A stretch of 64,000 nt of DNA from Vicinamibacterales bacterium (GCA_035510155.1 DATKHR010000111.1:3-64002), one strand, 5' to 3'. Shown: positions 9,629-19,254, counted from the first letter of the stretch. Numbers and translations are program-made. The notes: generated from the letters alone by a model not told the origin.

Positions 9629-10417
9629 TCACCCGAACGTGCTGAACCGACTTCCGGATGCATAGCGACGCAAGCCGCGATCGAACACGACCACGGCGAG
9701 CGCCAAATACGTGCCCGCGCCGACCGCCAGCAGGGACACATGCAGAAGCGACGGGGCGTGCACGACTCGCGCGGGTAAGTAGCCGACGAACCCTGCTGGC
9801 AAGATCGTAAACAGCGCGAGACGGAGCATCCCTCCAAACAGCGGTTCCGGGTACAAGGAGAACGTGATCAGCAGCTCCCACAGTTGCCGCGCGAGCGTTT
9901 CGACCCTTCCGAGCCAGAACGCGAGACTGAAGAACACGATCCCGGAAGCGACGAAGACGAGCGCACTGGCAAGAATCACTGCAAGGACAATGGGCACCAT
10001 GCGCCAGGAGACCTGCCCGGACCACGCGATGAAAAGCATTCCCGAGAGCAGGTCACCAAAACCGGAAGGCTGCGAGCGCACGCCCAGGGCGTACACGAGG
10101 ACCGACCTGGGCTGCGTAAGTAGCGTGTCGAGATCGCCTTCCTCGATGAACCGACCGAGATGACGGACACCTCCGGCAACCGTCACCGCCAGCCCGAACC
10201 CAGCCGCGACTACGCCGAACAACAGCTGAATGTCGCCCAGACGCCAGCCTCGGAGCGCGCTCACCTGGTGCATCAACGCCCACCAGAACACAAAGAACGT
10301 GCCGTTGTTGAGCAGCATGAACACCACTTGTATGACGAAAGCGCCGCGCAGCGCCAAGGCCGCCTTGAGGTTGGTCGCGATGAGCGCCCGCGCAAAAGCC
10401 AGAGACTTAGCCGCCAT
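9629..10417 (-). CDS. ABC-2 family transporter permease
   Basis: 262 aa, about 6 TM segments. 11-nt overlap with the upstream paralogous permease. Typical three-gene ABC-2 (ATPase plus two permeases) layout. Confidence 0.75.
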   Translation of the reverse strand: MAAKSLAFARALIATNLKAALALRGAFVIQVVFMLLNNGTFFVFWWALMHQVSALRGWRLGDIQLLFGVVAAGFGLAVTVAGGVRHLGRFIEEGDLDTLLTQPRSVLVYALGVRSQPSGFGDLLSGMLFIAWSGQVSWRMVPIVLAVILASALVFVASGIVFFSLAFWLGRVETLARQLWELLITFSLYPEPLFGGMLRLALFTILPAGFVGYLPARVVHAPSLLHVSLLAVGAGTYLALAVVVFDRGLRRYASGSRFSTFG

Positions 10418-11195
10418 TGATTGTCAGGGCCGATGTCGCCCGCCGAAATGTCCACCAGACGGCGATTGCCGTGGCGCAGCACCAGATCACGAGACTGCGG
10501 GCAAGCGCTCCCGGCGTGACGAGACGGTTCCACACCACGAAGGATGCTGGATCCGCCAGCATGACTGGAAACGGCGTAAATGCCGCAGCTTTCTGGATGA
10601 ACTGCGGGTACAACTCGAGTGGCATCATCAGGCCGCCAAGGACGAACATCAGTTTTTGCCACACCCAGTACACCGGTGACACGTCCTCGAGCCAAAACGC
10701 CAACAGGCCAATCCACAAGTGCAACCCCGTCATCAACGCAGCGGCGGCGAGTCCGAAGGGCACGACGATGGCGAGCGCGCCCAAGGGTGGAATCCACCTG
10801 GTGAACGCGAATGCGCAGAGAAACGCCGTCAGTCCCAGCAGCGGCGCTCGTGCCGCGAGGAGACCCAGGCTTGCCGCGAACTCGCCGATTACGTAGGATG
10901 CGGGCCGGCCGAGCCGGTACACGACGTCGCCGCGCCGGATCGCTTCCTGAATGTCGAGATGGATGGGGGGCGCGCTGAGCACAATCCATTCGGTGGCCGC
11001 GAGGTACCAGACGAGCGTTTTTGGATCGGCCGCCACCGGCATTCCAGCTTCGGCAACCGCTCGCCACAGGCTCGAGAACACGCCCAGGATGACCGCAAAG
11101 AACACGATGCGGCCGTACAGCTCACCGCGCTCCCGGCGCGCCTGAGCGACCGAGATCCGCGAAAACGCCGCATACTTGACGATGAACGCCATCAT
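10407..11195 (-). CDS. ABC-2 family transporter permease
   Basis: 262 aa, polytopic. 4-nt overlap with the ATPase stop. Confidence 0.75.
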   Translation of the reverse strand: MMAFIVKYAAFSRISVAQARRERGELYGRIVFFAVILGVFSSLWRAVAEAGMPVAADPKTLVWYLAATEWIVLSAPPIHLDIQEAIRRGDVVYRLGRPASYVIGEFAASLGLLAARAPLLGLTAFLCAFAFTRWIPPLGALAIVVPFGLAAAALMTGLHLWIGLLAFWLEDVSPVYWVWQKLMFVLGGLMMPLELYPQFIQKAAAFTPFPVMLADPASFVVWNRLVTPGALARSLVIWCCATAIAVWWTFRRATSALTINGG

Positions 11196-12205
11196 GACGA
11201 CGCGCTCCCAGTGTCGGCATTCGCGTACAGAGCCCGGATCACTTCATCGAGCGGGGCGTCCTCAATGGCCATGTCCCTGATCGCCGCTTGACGCAGCGCC
11301 GCGTCGACGACCTGTCCGAGCGGCGTGATCTCGAGGGCGATCTCCAGCTCTGTCCTGTACGAGCCCGACGAGAGGACCCGCACGCCTGGCAAGGTCAGCT
11401 CCAAATGTTCAGCCTCAGTCCACACCGTGACCCGCTTCGCCTTCAAGTAGCTGCGCCTGAGGGCTGCGATCGGGCCATCCCACAGCAGCTGGCCACGGTG
11501 GATCACGATCGCGCGCTTGCAGACCCGCTCCATGTCGCCGGTGTCGTGCGACGTCAAGAGGAGCGTCACACCCTGTCGCTCCGACTCCGACCGCAGCAGC
11601 TCGCGTATCGCCGCCTTCGCCGAAACATCGAGGCCGATGGTCGGTTCATCGAGAAACAACATCCGTGGCGAGTGCAGCAGGCTTGCGACGATCTCGCAGC
11701 GCATGCGCTCGCCGAGCGACAGATGGCGCACCGGCGTGTCGACGAGCGTGCCGAGCTCGAACACGGACGTCAGCGCGTCAATCCGCCGCTTGTGCTCACG
11801 CCCGTCGATTTCGTACACGCGACCCAGAAGCGCGAACGTGTCGCGCGGCGGCAGTTGGTACCAGAGCTGCGAACGCTGACCGAACACGGTGCCTATCTGA
11901 AACGCGAGCTGGTGCCGCTGTCGCGAGGGTACGAATCCGAGCACGCGCACGTCACCGGCATCGGGCCGGAGAATCCCCGCCAGCATTTTCAGGGTCGTCG
12001 ACTTTCCAGCGCCATTTGGACCGATGAACGCTACGCGTTCACCGGGCGCGATCGAAAACGACAGCCGGTCGACGGCCAAGACCGTCTGTGTTTCTGGGCC
12101 AAGAAGATCGAAGACGCGAGCGGTGACACCCGCGCTGCGCGCTCGGCGCACGCGAAACGATTTGGAGACCTGATGCAGCTCGACGGCGGCTTGCATGGCG
12201 ACCAC
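11192..12205 (-). CDS. ABC transporter ATP-binding protein
   Basis: Walker A GPNGAGKSTTLKML, signature LSLGERMR, Walker B LFLDEPTIGLD. Start is either GTG 12205 or ATG 12196; the latter has a GGAG 8 nt upstream. Confidence 0.9.
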   Translation of the reverse strand: MVAMQAAVELHQVSKSFRVRRARSAGVTARVFDLLGPETQTVLAVDRLSFSIAPGERVAFIGPNGAGKSTTLKMLAGILRPDAGDVRVLGFVPSRQRHQLAFQIGTVFGQRSQLWYQLPPRDTFALLGRVYEIDGREHKRRIDALTSVFELGTLVDTPVRHLSLGERMRCEIVASLLHSPRMLFLDEPTIGLDVSAKAAIRELLRSESERQGVTLLLTSHDTGDMERVCKRAIVIHRGQLLWDGPIAALRRSYLKAKRVTVWTEAEHLELTLPGVRVLSSGSYRTELEIALEITPLGQVVDAALRQAAIRDMAIEDAPLDEVIRALYANADTGSASS

Positions 12206-12229
12206 TCCATGTCGCCCCGCGGAGCCCCC

Positions 12230-12270
12230 CGAAATGAAAACGCCCTTCCGGGGAGGCTTCCGGAAGGGCG
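12230..12270 (-). terminator. Terminator-like hairpin (11-bp perfect stem) followed by a T-tract on the minus strand
   Basis: cgcccttccgg (12241-12251) pairs with ccggaagggcg (12260-12270), with an 8-nt loop. On the minus strand it is followed by TTTTCATTTC. Lies 220 nt after the aminotransferase stop and only ~25-35 nt before the ABC ATPase start. Confidence 0.5.
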
Positions 12271-12489
12271 GGACTGCTGTTGAATCGATGCGCTTCCGGC
12301 TTCAGCCAGTGACACTCATGCACAGATCGCCCGAATGGGCGACGTACGGCATGGTGACGATGCTGAAAACCGGTCTCGTCATGGAACTCAAGAATTATGC
12401 CCGGACGGTCGCGCCTCTGTCAAAACCGCGTCGCGCTGGAACGGGGCTCTGGCTCCGCAGTACTCGTGCCGGTCGGCAGACGTCCGGGC

Positions 12490-13896
12490 TCAGGCCTTGT
12501 TGAGCGCGCTGGCCATGTTGGTCATCGCCAGCTCGAGAAGCTTGCGTGATGTCCCGCAATTCATCCGCATACGCCCCGCGCTGCCGTAGCCGTAGGATGA
12601 CCCGGCGGTCATCTGTACTTTGGCATGCTCGACCAAGTAACGCTCGAGGATTGTCTCCGGCGTGACGTCGGCCGCACCGGGCGCCTTCTTCTTGTTGGCC
12701 TGAGCCGCCATCTCCTTCGCGCCGATCTTGTCGGCGACCTTGCTCATGTCCAGCCACGCCAGATACGTCGCCTGAGGCTTGACCACGTTTACGAGCGGCA
12801 TGTTCGTGCGAACGAACGTCTCGACGTACTCCAGGTTGCCGTCGATGTACGGCAACAGTTGATCCAGCCACTCCGCGCCTTCGTTATAGGCAGCGCGATG
12901 GGCCACCATGCCCAGTGTGTTGATGTCCTCGCGGTGGCCGCCGACGGTTTTTATTCTGGCGAGATAAGCGGGGTTGGTCGAGAACATGTAGGCGCACTTC
13001 ATGGCCGCCAGATTGAACGACTTGCTCGCAGACTTGAACGTGACGCTGTTCGCCACGATCTTCTCGTTGGGAAGGCTCGCGAACGGCGTGTACTTTTCGC
13101 CCTTGCGGACGAAGTCGCAATGAATCTCGTCGGCGAGGACCACGACGCGGCGGCGCGTGCAGATTTCACCGAGCGTCATCAGGTCGTCCCGAGACCAGCA
13201 GTTGCCGGTCGGATTCTGCGGGTTGCAGAGGATGATCGTGTTCGTGTCGTTGTCGATGCGGCGCTCGAGATCCTCGAAGTCCATCGCGTATCGGCCATTC
13301 ACGAGCCTGAGCGGACTCTCCTCGGCCTTGCAGCCCACTGCCGTAATGTCCCCGTAGAATCCGTTGTAGGTCGGCGACTGCACGATCACCTTGGTTCCCG
13401 GCGGCGAAAACGCTCTGAGGACGCTCAGGATCGCCGGGTGGACGCTCGGCGAATGGAGGATCCAGCTGGGGTTGATCTCGAGACCGTAGCGCCGCTTGTT
13501 CCAGTTGACGATCGACTCGACGTGAGACGCGGGGATGGTCAGATACCCGTAGTTCTCATGATGAATACGCTCGACGAGCGCCTGGGTCACCACGGGCGCC
13601 ACTTTGAAGTCCATGTCCGCGATGCCCATGCCGACAGCGATGTGGTCCTTTCCGTAGATCGCGATCTGCCTATCCCATTTGGTGCAATCGGTCCCGATGC
13701 GGCTATAAATGGTGTCGAAATCGAACTTCCCCCCCGGCGACTCGGGAAGGAGCGGCGCAGCGCTTGCGTGGGCCCCGCCCAGGATCCCAGGGATCCCTGG
13801 AACCAACGATGTGCTCGTTCCAACGGCGCCCACGACGGCCGTTAAGCCCGCGTTCCTCAGGAACGCCCTGCGATTGAGCCCATCAGGCTGTGACAT
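12490..13896 (-). CDS. PLP-dependent aminotransferase class I/II, MalY/PatB-type C-S lyase-like, with Tat signal
   Basis: 468 aa. Tat signal NRRAFLRNAGLTAVVGAVG. PLP-lysine block SASKSFNLAAMK. LCNPQNPTG motif typical of MalY/PatB cystathionine beta-lyase-like enzymes. Confidence 0.8.
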   Translation of the reverse strand: MSQPDGLNRRAFLRNAGLTAVVGAVGTSTSLVPGIPGILGGAHASAAPLLPESPGGKFDFDTIYSRIGTDCTKWDRQIAIYGKDHIAVGMGIADMDFKVAPVVTQALVERIHHENYGYLTIPASHVESIVNWNKRRYGLEINPSWILHSPSVHPAILSVLRAFSPPGTKVIVQSPTYNGFYGDITAVGCKAEESPLRLVNGRYAMDFEDLERRIDNDTNTIILCNPQNPTGNCWSRDDLMTLGEICTRRRVVVLADEIHCDFVRKGEKYTPFASLPNEKIVANSVTFKSASKSFNLAAMKCAYMFSTNPAYLARIKTVGGHREDINTLGMVAHRAAYNEGAEWLDQLLPYIDGNLEYVETFVRTNMPLVNVVKPQATYLAWLDMSKVADKIGAKEMAAQANKKKAPGAADVTPETILERYLVEHAKVQMTAGSSYGYGSAGRMRMNCGTSRKLLELAMTNMASALNKA

Positions 13897-14298
13897 GGCT
13901 TTGTTCTCTCCTCCCTATGCGTTCCAGCTACGACACGTGCGAACGGGCTGATAGTACACCCGCACAGGCCGCGATGGACGGCCAAAATTCTTGACGGGTA
14001 GGCCTTCAGCGTGCGAGGAGCCGCAACAGACGGACGAGGATTGCCGTGGACGAGGGAGTTTGCTTCTGCCATGCGGCAAAACGGCTGATACTGACCCGGC
14101 GGTCACGCTGCCGCGCCCATTGCGTTAACCCGTCCCCCAGCACGCAGGCTGGATGGGGATTCGGCGGCGAAGGAGCCAACACAGGTTCCAATTTCATTAG
14201 CTGGACGCCTCCAAGACTGTTATCGACGGCTCGAGGCTCAGACTGGAGGGCCGCCTTAGGGGGCTGCTCCAGCGCCTGACTCCCGCTACAATGCGCCC

Positions 14299-15543
14299 AT
14301 GTCTCCGACGAGCACGACATCGGTCGACGCAGCCGAGCTGGCTGATCCGGGCAGCTCCTGGCAAGTGGCAACGAATCGAAGCGCGGTCCCGGGACTACCG
14401 TCGATCTTCGCGCTCGCGACGTTGGCCCTCGGCGCGGGTTACATCGCGCAGGTGATCAGTCCAAGACAAGCCGGGCTGTTTCTCGTTGGGGCCGCCTCGG
14501 GCGTCGTGCTGTATCACGCGGCCTTTGGCTTCACATCATCCTGGCGCGCCTTCATCGTCCACAGCCGTGGCGACGGCGTGCGCGCGCAAATGCTGATGCT
14601 CGCGGTGACATCCCTCATTTTTTTCCCGGTGCTCGCGGCAGGACATTTCTTCGGTCAGCCCGTTCGAGGCGCGGTGTCGCCGGTTGGCGTCTCCGTCGTC
14701 GTCGGCGCATTTCTCTTCGGCGTGGGGATGCAATTGGGCGGGAGTTGCGCTTCGGGGACGCTGTACACGGTGGGCGGCGGCAATACGCGCATGCTCGCAA
14801 CGCTTGCGGCCTTCATCGCCGGATCGGTGATTGGCGCGACCCACCAACCGCGGTGGGAGCTTCTGCCGGCCGTGAAGCCAAGCTCCTTGATCGCGACTCT
14901 GGGGCCCGCGATGGGATTGACAGTGAGCCTGACGTTGTTGGCCACGATAGCGGGCGTGACCGTCGTTATCGAACGCTCACGGCACGGCCGCCTGCTTCGC
15001 GACGCGCCGCCACCGCGATCGGGATGGGCGCGTCTGGCGCGCGGTCCATGGCCGTTTGCGGCAGGTGCGCTGGGCCTTGCCGCGGTGAACATCGCCACGC
15101 TGGCGCTTGCGGGACGGCCCTGGGGAATCACGGGCGCGTTCGCACTGTGGGGCGGAAAGATCATGAGTGCGGCGGGTGTCGACCTTCAGACATGGCGGTA
15201 CTTCGGCTCCCCCGCGCGACAGACCGAGCTCCACGCGAGTGTGCTCAAGGACATCACGTCAGTCATGGACTTTGGTCTCATCCTCGGGGCGCTCGCGGCG
15301 GCGACCTTGGCCGGTCGCTTCGCGCCGACCTGGCGCCTCCCGGCGCGCTCACTTGCAGCGGCCATTGTGGGCGGGCTGCTCCTCGGCTACGGCGCACGCA
15401 TCGCTTACGGTTGCAACATCGGCGCGTTCTTCAGCGGTATCGCCTCCGGCAGTCTGCACGGATGGGTATGGTTTCCGGCCGCGCTGGCGGGCAACGTGGT
15501 CGGCACGAAGCTGCGTCCGCTCTTCGGTCTCAGCACGCGGTAG
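14299..15543 (+). CDS. YeeE/YedE family sulfur-compound (thiosulfate-type) transporter
   Basis: 414 aa, polytopic. Two conserved Cys-containing half-repeats, QLGGSCASGTLY and YGCNIGAFFSG, characteristic of YeeE/YedE. Confidence 0.8.
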   Translation: MSPTSTTSVDAAELADPGSSWQVATNRSAVPGLPSIFALATLALGAGYIAQVISPRQAGLFLVGAASGVVLYHAAFGFTSSWRAFIVHSRGDGVRAQMLMLAVTSLIFFPVLAAGHFFGQPVRGAVSPVGVSVVVGAFLFGVGMQLGGSCASGTLYTVGGGNTRMLATLAAFIAGSVIGATHQPRWELLPAVKPSSLIATLGPAMGLTVSLTLLATIAGVTVVIERSRHGRLLRDAPPPRSGWARLARGPWPFAAGALGLAAVNIATLALAGRPWGITGAFALWGGKIMSAAGVDLQTWRYFGSPARQTELHASVLKDITSVMDFGLILGALAAATLAGRFAPTWRLPARSLAAAIVGGLLLGYGARIAYGCNIGAFFSGIASGSLHGWVWFPAALAGNVVGTKLRPLFGLSTR

Positions 15544-15599
15544 CCACCTCTCGCCGACCTTTCAATCCCGAGAACTCACGATATGAGCGCTTCCTCCAG

Positions 15600-17066
15600 C
15601 TAACCCTTGTTCTTGATTCTCACGTTCTTGGGCGCCTGAGGGATCGACTTTGCTGCTTCAGTCACAGTGATCGTACCGCCCGCAACCGTCAGTGTTCCGG
15701 TCTGCCCGGCCGTCGTGTTATTCGAGGCGACCGTGTAATTGACCGTGCCATTCCCCGTTCCGCTTGCCCCCGACGTCACCGTGATCCATGACACGTTGCT
15801 GACCGCGGTCCATCCACAGCCGCTGCCCGCCGTGACCGTGACACTGCCCTGCCCGCCACTCCACCCTAGGCTCTGAGACGTCGGCGACACGGCGAAGCTG
15901 CACCCCCCCGCCTCGGTCACCGTGATCGTCTGCCCCGCGACAGTCAACGTTCCGTTGCGCGCCGTGGACGAGGTGTTCGCGGCAATCGTGTAATGGACCG
16001 AGCCATTGCCGCTCCCGCTCGCCCCCGACGTGACCGTGATCCACGACGCGTTACTGACCGCAGTCCATCCGCAACCATTGCCCGCCGTGACCGTGACACT
16101 ACTTAGTCCGCCACTCGACCCGACGCTCTGCGACGTCGGCGACGCGCTGAAGCCGCACACGCCGGCCTCAGTGACCGTGACCGTCTGCCCCCCAACCGTC
16201 ACGTTTCCGGAGCGACTGCTCGTCGTTGTATTCGGCGCAACGGTGTAATTGACCGTGCCATTGCCCGTCCCGCTCGCCCCCGAGGTGACGGTGATCCACG
16301 ACGCGTTGCTCACGGCGGTCCATCCGCAGCCGCTGCCCGCCGCAACCGTCACACTGCCTGGCCCGCCGCTCGACCCGAAACTCTGCGACGCCGGCGTCGC
16401 GCTGATGCTGCACGCCGCGGCCTCGGTGATCGTGATCGTCTGCCCCGCGACCGTCAGAGATCCAGTCAACGGGGTCGTGCTCGTGTTAGCAGCGACTGTG
16501 TAATTGACGGTGCCGTTGCCCGTCCCGCTGGCCCCCGACGTGATCGTGATCCACGACGCATTGCTGACCGCGGTCCATCCGCAGCCACTACTCGCAGTCA
16601 CCGCGACACTCCCAGACCCGCCACTCGATCCGAAGCTCTGCAACGTTGGTGACGCTGAATATGTGCAGGCGGCCGTGAAGCCGAAGGTGTTGGACAGCGC
16701 GCTCGCGGCGCTCCCGCCGGGTCCCACGGCCGCGACGTCGGCAACGTACACCGTGCCGGGCACCGGCCACCCGGCGAACATGGACCTCAAGTCCACCGTG
16801 ATCGTGCCGGTAGAATCGGGTGCGGGCTTTCCGAGCGAGTTGCTTTGAAACGGTGCCGACGCACCGGACAGATAGAGATCGAGCTGGTAGTACTGAAGGA
16901 CCGGCGTGCCGTCCGGAAGTGTCGTGGTCTGATCCGACGACGCCGAGAACACCGCAGTGGTCGGATTCAACGTTGTCTGCGCGAGCGCTCGCGATGACGA
17001 TATCGCAACGATCACCAACACGAATGTACTGACACACCAGGACCGAGCCGTTCGAAACGGGACCAT
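15600..17066 (-). CDS. Secreted repeat protein: N-terminal Ig/FN3-like domain plus four BACON-like domains
   Basis: 488 aa with a signal peptide (ISSSRALAQT). Four 85-aa repeats, each with GCGWTAVSNASWITVTSGASGTGNGTVNYTV..N....R/G.LTVAGQTITVTEA (BACON-like signature). Confidence 0.75.
   Translation of the reverse strand: MVPFRTARSWCVSTFVLVIVAISSSRALAQTTLNPTTAVFSASSDQTTTLPDGTPVLQYYQLDLYLSGASAPFQSNSLGKPAPDSTGTITVDLRSMFAGWPVPGTVYVADVAAVGPGGSAASALSNTFGFTAACTYSASPTLQSFGSSGGSGSVAVTASSGCGWTAVSNASWITITSGASGTGNGTVNYTVAANTSTTPLTGSLTVAGQTITITEAAACSISATPASQSFGSSGGPGSVTVAAGSGCGWTAVSNASWITVTSGASGTGNGTVNYTVAPNTTTSSRSGNVTVGGQTVTVTEAGVCGFSASPTSQSVGSSGGLSSVTVTAGNGCGWTAVSNASWITVTSGASGSGNGSVHYTIAANTSSTARNGTLTVAGQTITVTEAGGCSFAVSPTSQSLGWSGGQGSVTVTAGSGCGWTAVSNVSWITVTSGASGTGNGTVNYTVASNNTTAGQTGTLTVAGGTITVTEAAKSIPQAPKNVRIKNKG
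15651..16670 (-). repeat. Four tandem 255-bp coding repeats (BACON-like modules)
   Basis: Near-identical DNA blocks (for example gtgatccacgacgc.ttgctgaccgc.gtccatccgcagcc recurs with a 255-bp period). Shadow ORFs on the + strand restart with the same MTVPLPVPLAP at 16249 and 16504. Confidence 0.85.
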
Positions 17067-17422
17067 GTCCGCACCGCCAGACCGCTGGGTAGCCGGGCGT
17101 GGTGCACGATCCGCGCTCAGTTCAGCTGTAGTGAGGAAGCGCTGTAAACCGTTGAAGCAGCACGAAGCCGATACTCGCTCCGCGCGGAACTGCGCAAATC
17201 AGGTTGCAGTTTTCGAGAAGCGTTCACGATTCGGTGCAGCGAAAGATAGCAGGGATTCGAGTTGAGAAACGGGGGGTCAGGCAGACAGAGAGGCACCAAG
17301 GCACGGACAAAAAATGCGAGCGACTTTCAGAATTGACATTCTCGCGCCGGCGAGGAATCATCCGCGGGTTCAGCTCGTCCGCCGGTGGCTGCCGATCACG
17401 GCCGCCGCCAAGGAGGTCCCGC

Positions 17423-19159
17423 ATGAAACGTGTGCTCCCCGTTCTCTTGGGCTGCTCGCTCGGCTTGGCGAGCCTTACCGTTCTCGTCGCTGCTGACGAT
17501 CGCGGCACGTTCGATCTCGTCGAGGCCACCATCCCTGCAATTCAGGCCGCTCTGGACAGCGAGATCATCACCCCGTCACAGCTCGTACGTATGTACCACG
17601 CCCGGATCGCCGCGTACGACGGGAAGACAACAGACACGCATCTCAACTCGTACATCTTCTTGAACCCCCGCGCACTCGGCGAAGCGGAGGATGAGGGGGG
17701 CAACGACCAAGGCGACAATGCCCTGCCGCTCCGCGGCATTCCGATGATCCTCAAGGACAATATCGATACACGCGACATGCCGACGACGGCGGGCTCGGTA
17801 GCGTTCAAGGGATCGTTTCCGAGGTCTGACGCGTTCGTGGCGCGCCGCCTCCGGGCAGCCGGCGCCATCATCCTCGGCAAGGCCACGATGACCGAGTTCG
17901 CCAACTTCCTGACCAACGGGATGCCGTCTGGGTACAGCTCTCTCGGCGGATACGGATTCAACCCGTACGATCCGCGGCCCGACCCGCGGGCGATCCTGGA
18001 CACCTTCAATCGCCCGGTCAATGATGGCCGGCCGACGCTGACGCCGGGCGGCTCCAGCTCGGGACCTGGCATCGCGGTCTCGGCGAACCTCGCCGCAGTA
18101 GGCATAGGCACCGAAACCTCCGGCTCCATCCTGAGCCCGGGCACGGCAAACGGCCTGGTCGGTATCAAGCCGACCGTGGGCCTCGTGAGCCGCGATGGGA
18201 TCATTCCGATCACCGCCGATCAGGACACCGCCGGCCCGCTGGCGAGGACGGTGCGCGATGCGGCGATCGTGCTCGGCGTGATTGCCGGTTTCGATCCGAA
18301 CGACGCAGCAACCGCCGCGTGCCTGACGCCGGGCAATTGCTTCAGTAATTACACACAGTTCTTGAAGGTTAATGCGCTTGCCGGCGCGCGGATCGCCGTT
18401 CCGCCATTCCCCTCCAACCGTGCTGCCATCATGACTGATGCGATTGCCGCGTTGAAGGCTAAGGGCGCGACCGTCGACATGGTGCCCGCGCTCGCGGCAC
18501 AGCTCCCGGGATGCCCGACGATTCCGCCTGCGGTGTTTCCTCCCGCGCCTGGCTGCTCGACCGTGCTGAACTATGGATTCAAGCGCGATCTGAACAAGTA
18601 CATCGCCGATCACGTGCGCCGCTCGTTCCCGACTCAGTCGTTGCAGGACGTGGTCAACTTCAACATTGCGTTCGGCCCGGGCGCGACGAAGTACGGACAG
18701 GACCTCGCGATCTTCTCGCAGATGTTCGACACGGCGCCGGGAAGCGACGACACGAAAAGATACCTGAGCGATCGCGCGCAGGACATCGCCCTTTCCCGTT
18801 CGGCGATCCACAAGATCCTCGACGGGCCTGACGGCATCCCGGGTACGAAAGACGATTACGATGCGCTCCTCTTCTCGGGCAACAGCGGCGCAGGGACGCC
18901 GGCGAAGGCGGGCTATCCGAGCATCGTCGTCCCCGGAGGATTCTTCGATCCGGCCGCGGGGCTGCCGCCTGAGCAGCAGTATCCGCAAGGTTTCGACCCG
19001 AAGAAGGGGCCCGCGGGCGTGACCTTTTCAGGCGGGGCGTTCAGCGAGCCGAGGTTGATCGCCCTCGCTTACGCGTTCGAGCAGGCTACGCATCACCGCA
19101 TGCCGCCTGCGTCAGTTCCATCGTTGCCGACCGATCACGTGGTCCGGAAAATGAACTGA
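17423..19159 (+). CDS. Amidase (amidase-signature family), secreted
   Basis: ORF 17204..19159 trimmed to ATG 17423 (AGGAGG at 17411-17416; signal MKRVLPVLLGCSLGLASLTVLVAADD). AS motifs ILKDNID (Lys) and GGSSSGPGIAVSA. Confidence 0.85.
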   Translation: MKRVLPVLLGCSLGLASLTVLVAADDRGTFDLVEATIPAIQAALDSEIITPSQLVRMYHARIAAYDGKTTDTHLNSYIFLNPRALGEAEDEGGNDQGDNALPLRGIPMILKDNIDTRDMPTTAGSVAFKGSFPRSDAFVARRLRAAGAIILGKATMTEFANFLTNGMPSGYSSLGGYGFNPYDPRPDPRAILDTFNRPVNDGRPTLTPGGSSSGPGIAVSANLAAVGIGTETSGSILSPGTANGLVGIKPTVGLVSRDGIIPITADQDTAGPLARTVRDAAIVLGVIAGFDPNDAATAACLTPGNCFSNYTQFLKVNALAGARIAVPPFPSNRAAIMTDAIAALKAKGATVDMVPALAAQLPGCPTIPPAVFPPAPGCSTVLNYGFKRDLNKYIADHVRRSFPTQSLQDVVNFNIAFGPGATKYGQDLAIFSQMFDTAPGSDDTKRYLSDRAQDIALSRSAIHKILDGPDGIPGTKDDYDALLFSGNSGAGTPAKAGYPSIVVPGGFFDPAAGLPPEQQYPQGFDPKKGPAGVTFSGGAFSEPRLIALAYAFEQATHHRMPPASVPSLPTDHVVRKMN

Positions 19160-19186
19160 GCACGGTGCGGAATTGGGAATTTGGGG

Positions 19187-19240
19187 TTGAGAATTCAGAA
19201 AGCCGGAATCGAGTCGGCTGCCTCAATCCTGAATTCTCAA
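19187..19240. terminator. Long inverted repeat between convergent genes (putative bidirectional terminator)
   Basis: ttgagaattcag (19187-19198) is the perfect complement of ctgaattctcaa (19229-19240). An inner small hairpin is agccg...cggct. Located between the amidase stop (19159) and the PilZ-protein stop (19255). Confidence 0.5.
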
Positions 19241-19254
19241 TTTCGCAGCGCTCT

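Noticed and set aside
12195-12503. 102-aa plus-strand ORF (and minus-strand ORFs 12031..12315 and 12039..12323) in the spacer between the aminotransferase and the ABC operon
   Set aside because: No RBS or family features are present. They overlap the ATPase start and the hairpin, so the region is better explained as UTR or leader.
14006-14371. 121-aa minus-strand ORF in the 400-bp yeeE upstream region
   Set aside because: It overlaps the yeeE start, has a Pro/Arg/Ser-rich translation and has no support as a regulator. I also could not match this region to a known riboswitch by eye.
17333-17361. Possible sigma70-type promoter (TTGACA, 17-nt spacer, AATCAT) upstream of the amidase gene
   Set aside because: The -35 is perfect but the -10 is weak. 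Promoter consensus for this lineage is unknown, so this is too speculative to list as a feature.
17576-18988. 470-aa minus-strand ORF inside the amidase gene (also 17542..18213)
   Set aside because: It is antisense to a gene with an unambiguous amidase signature. The Arg-rich junk translation has no domain features.
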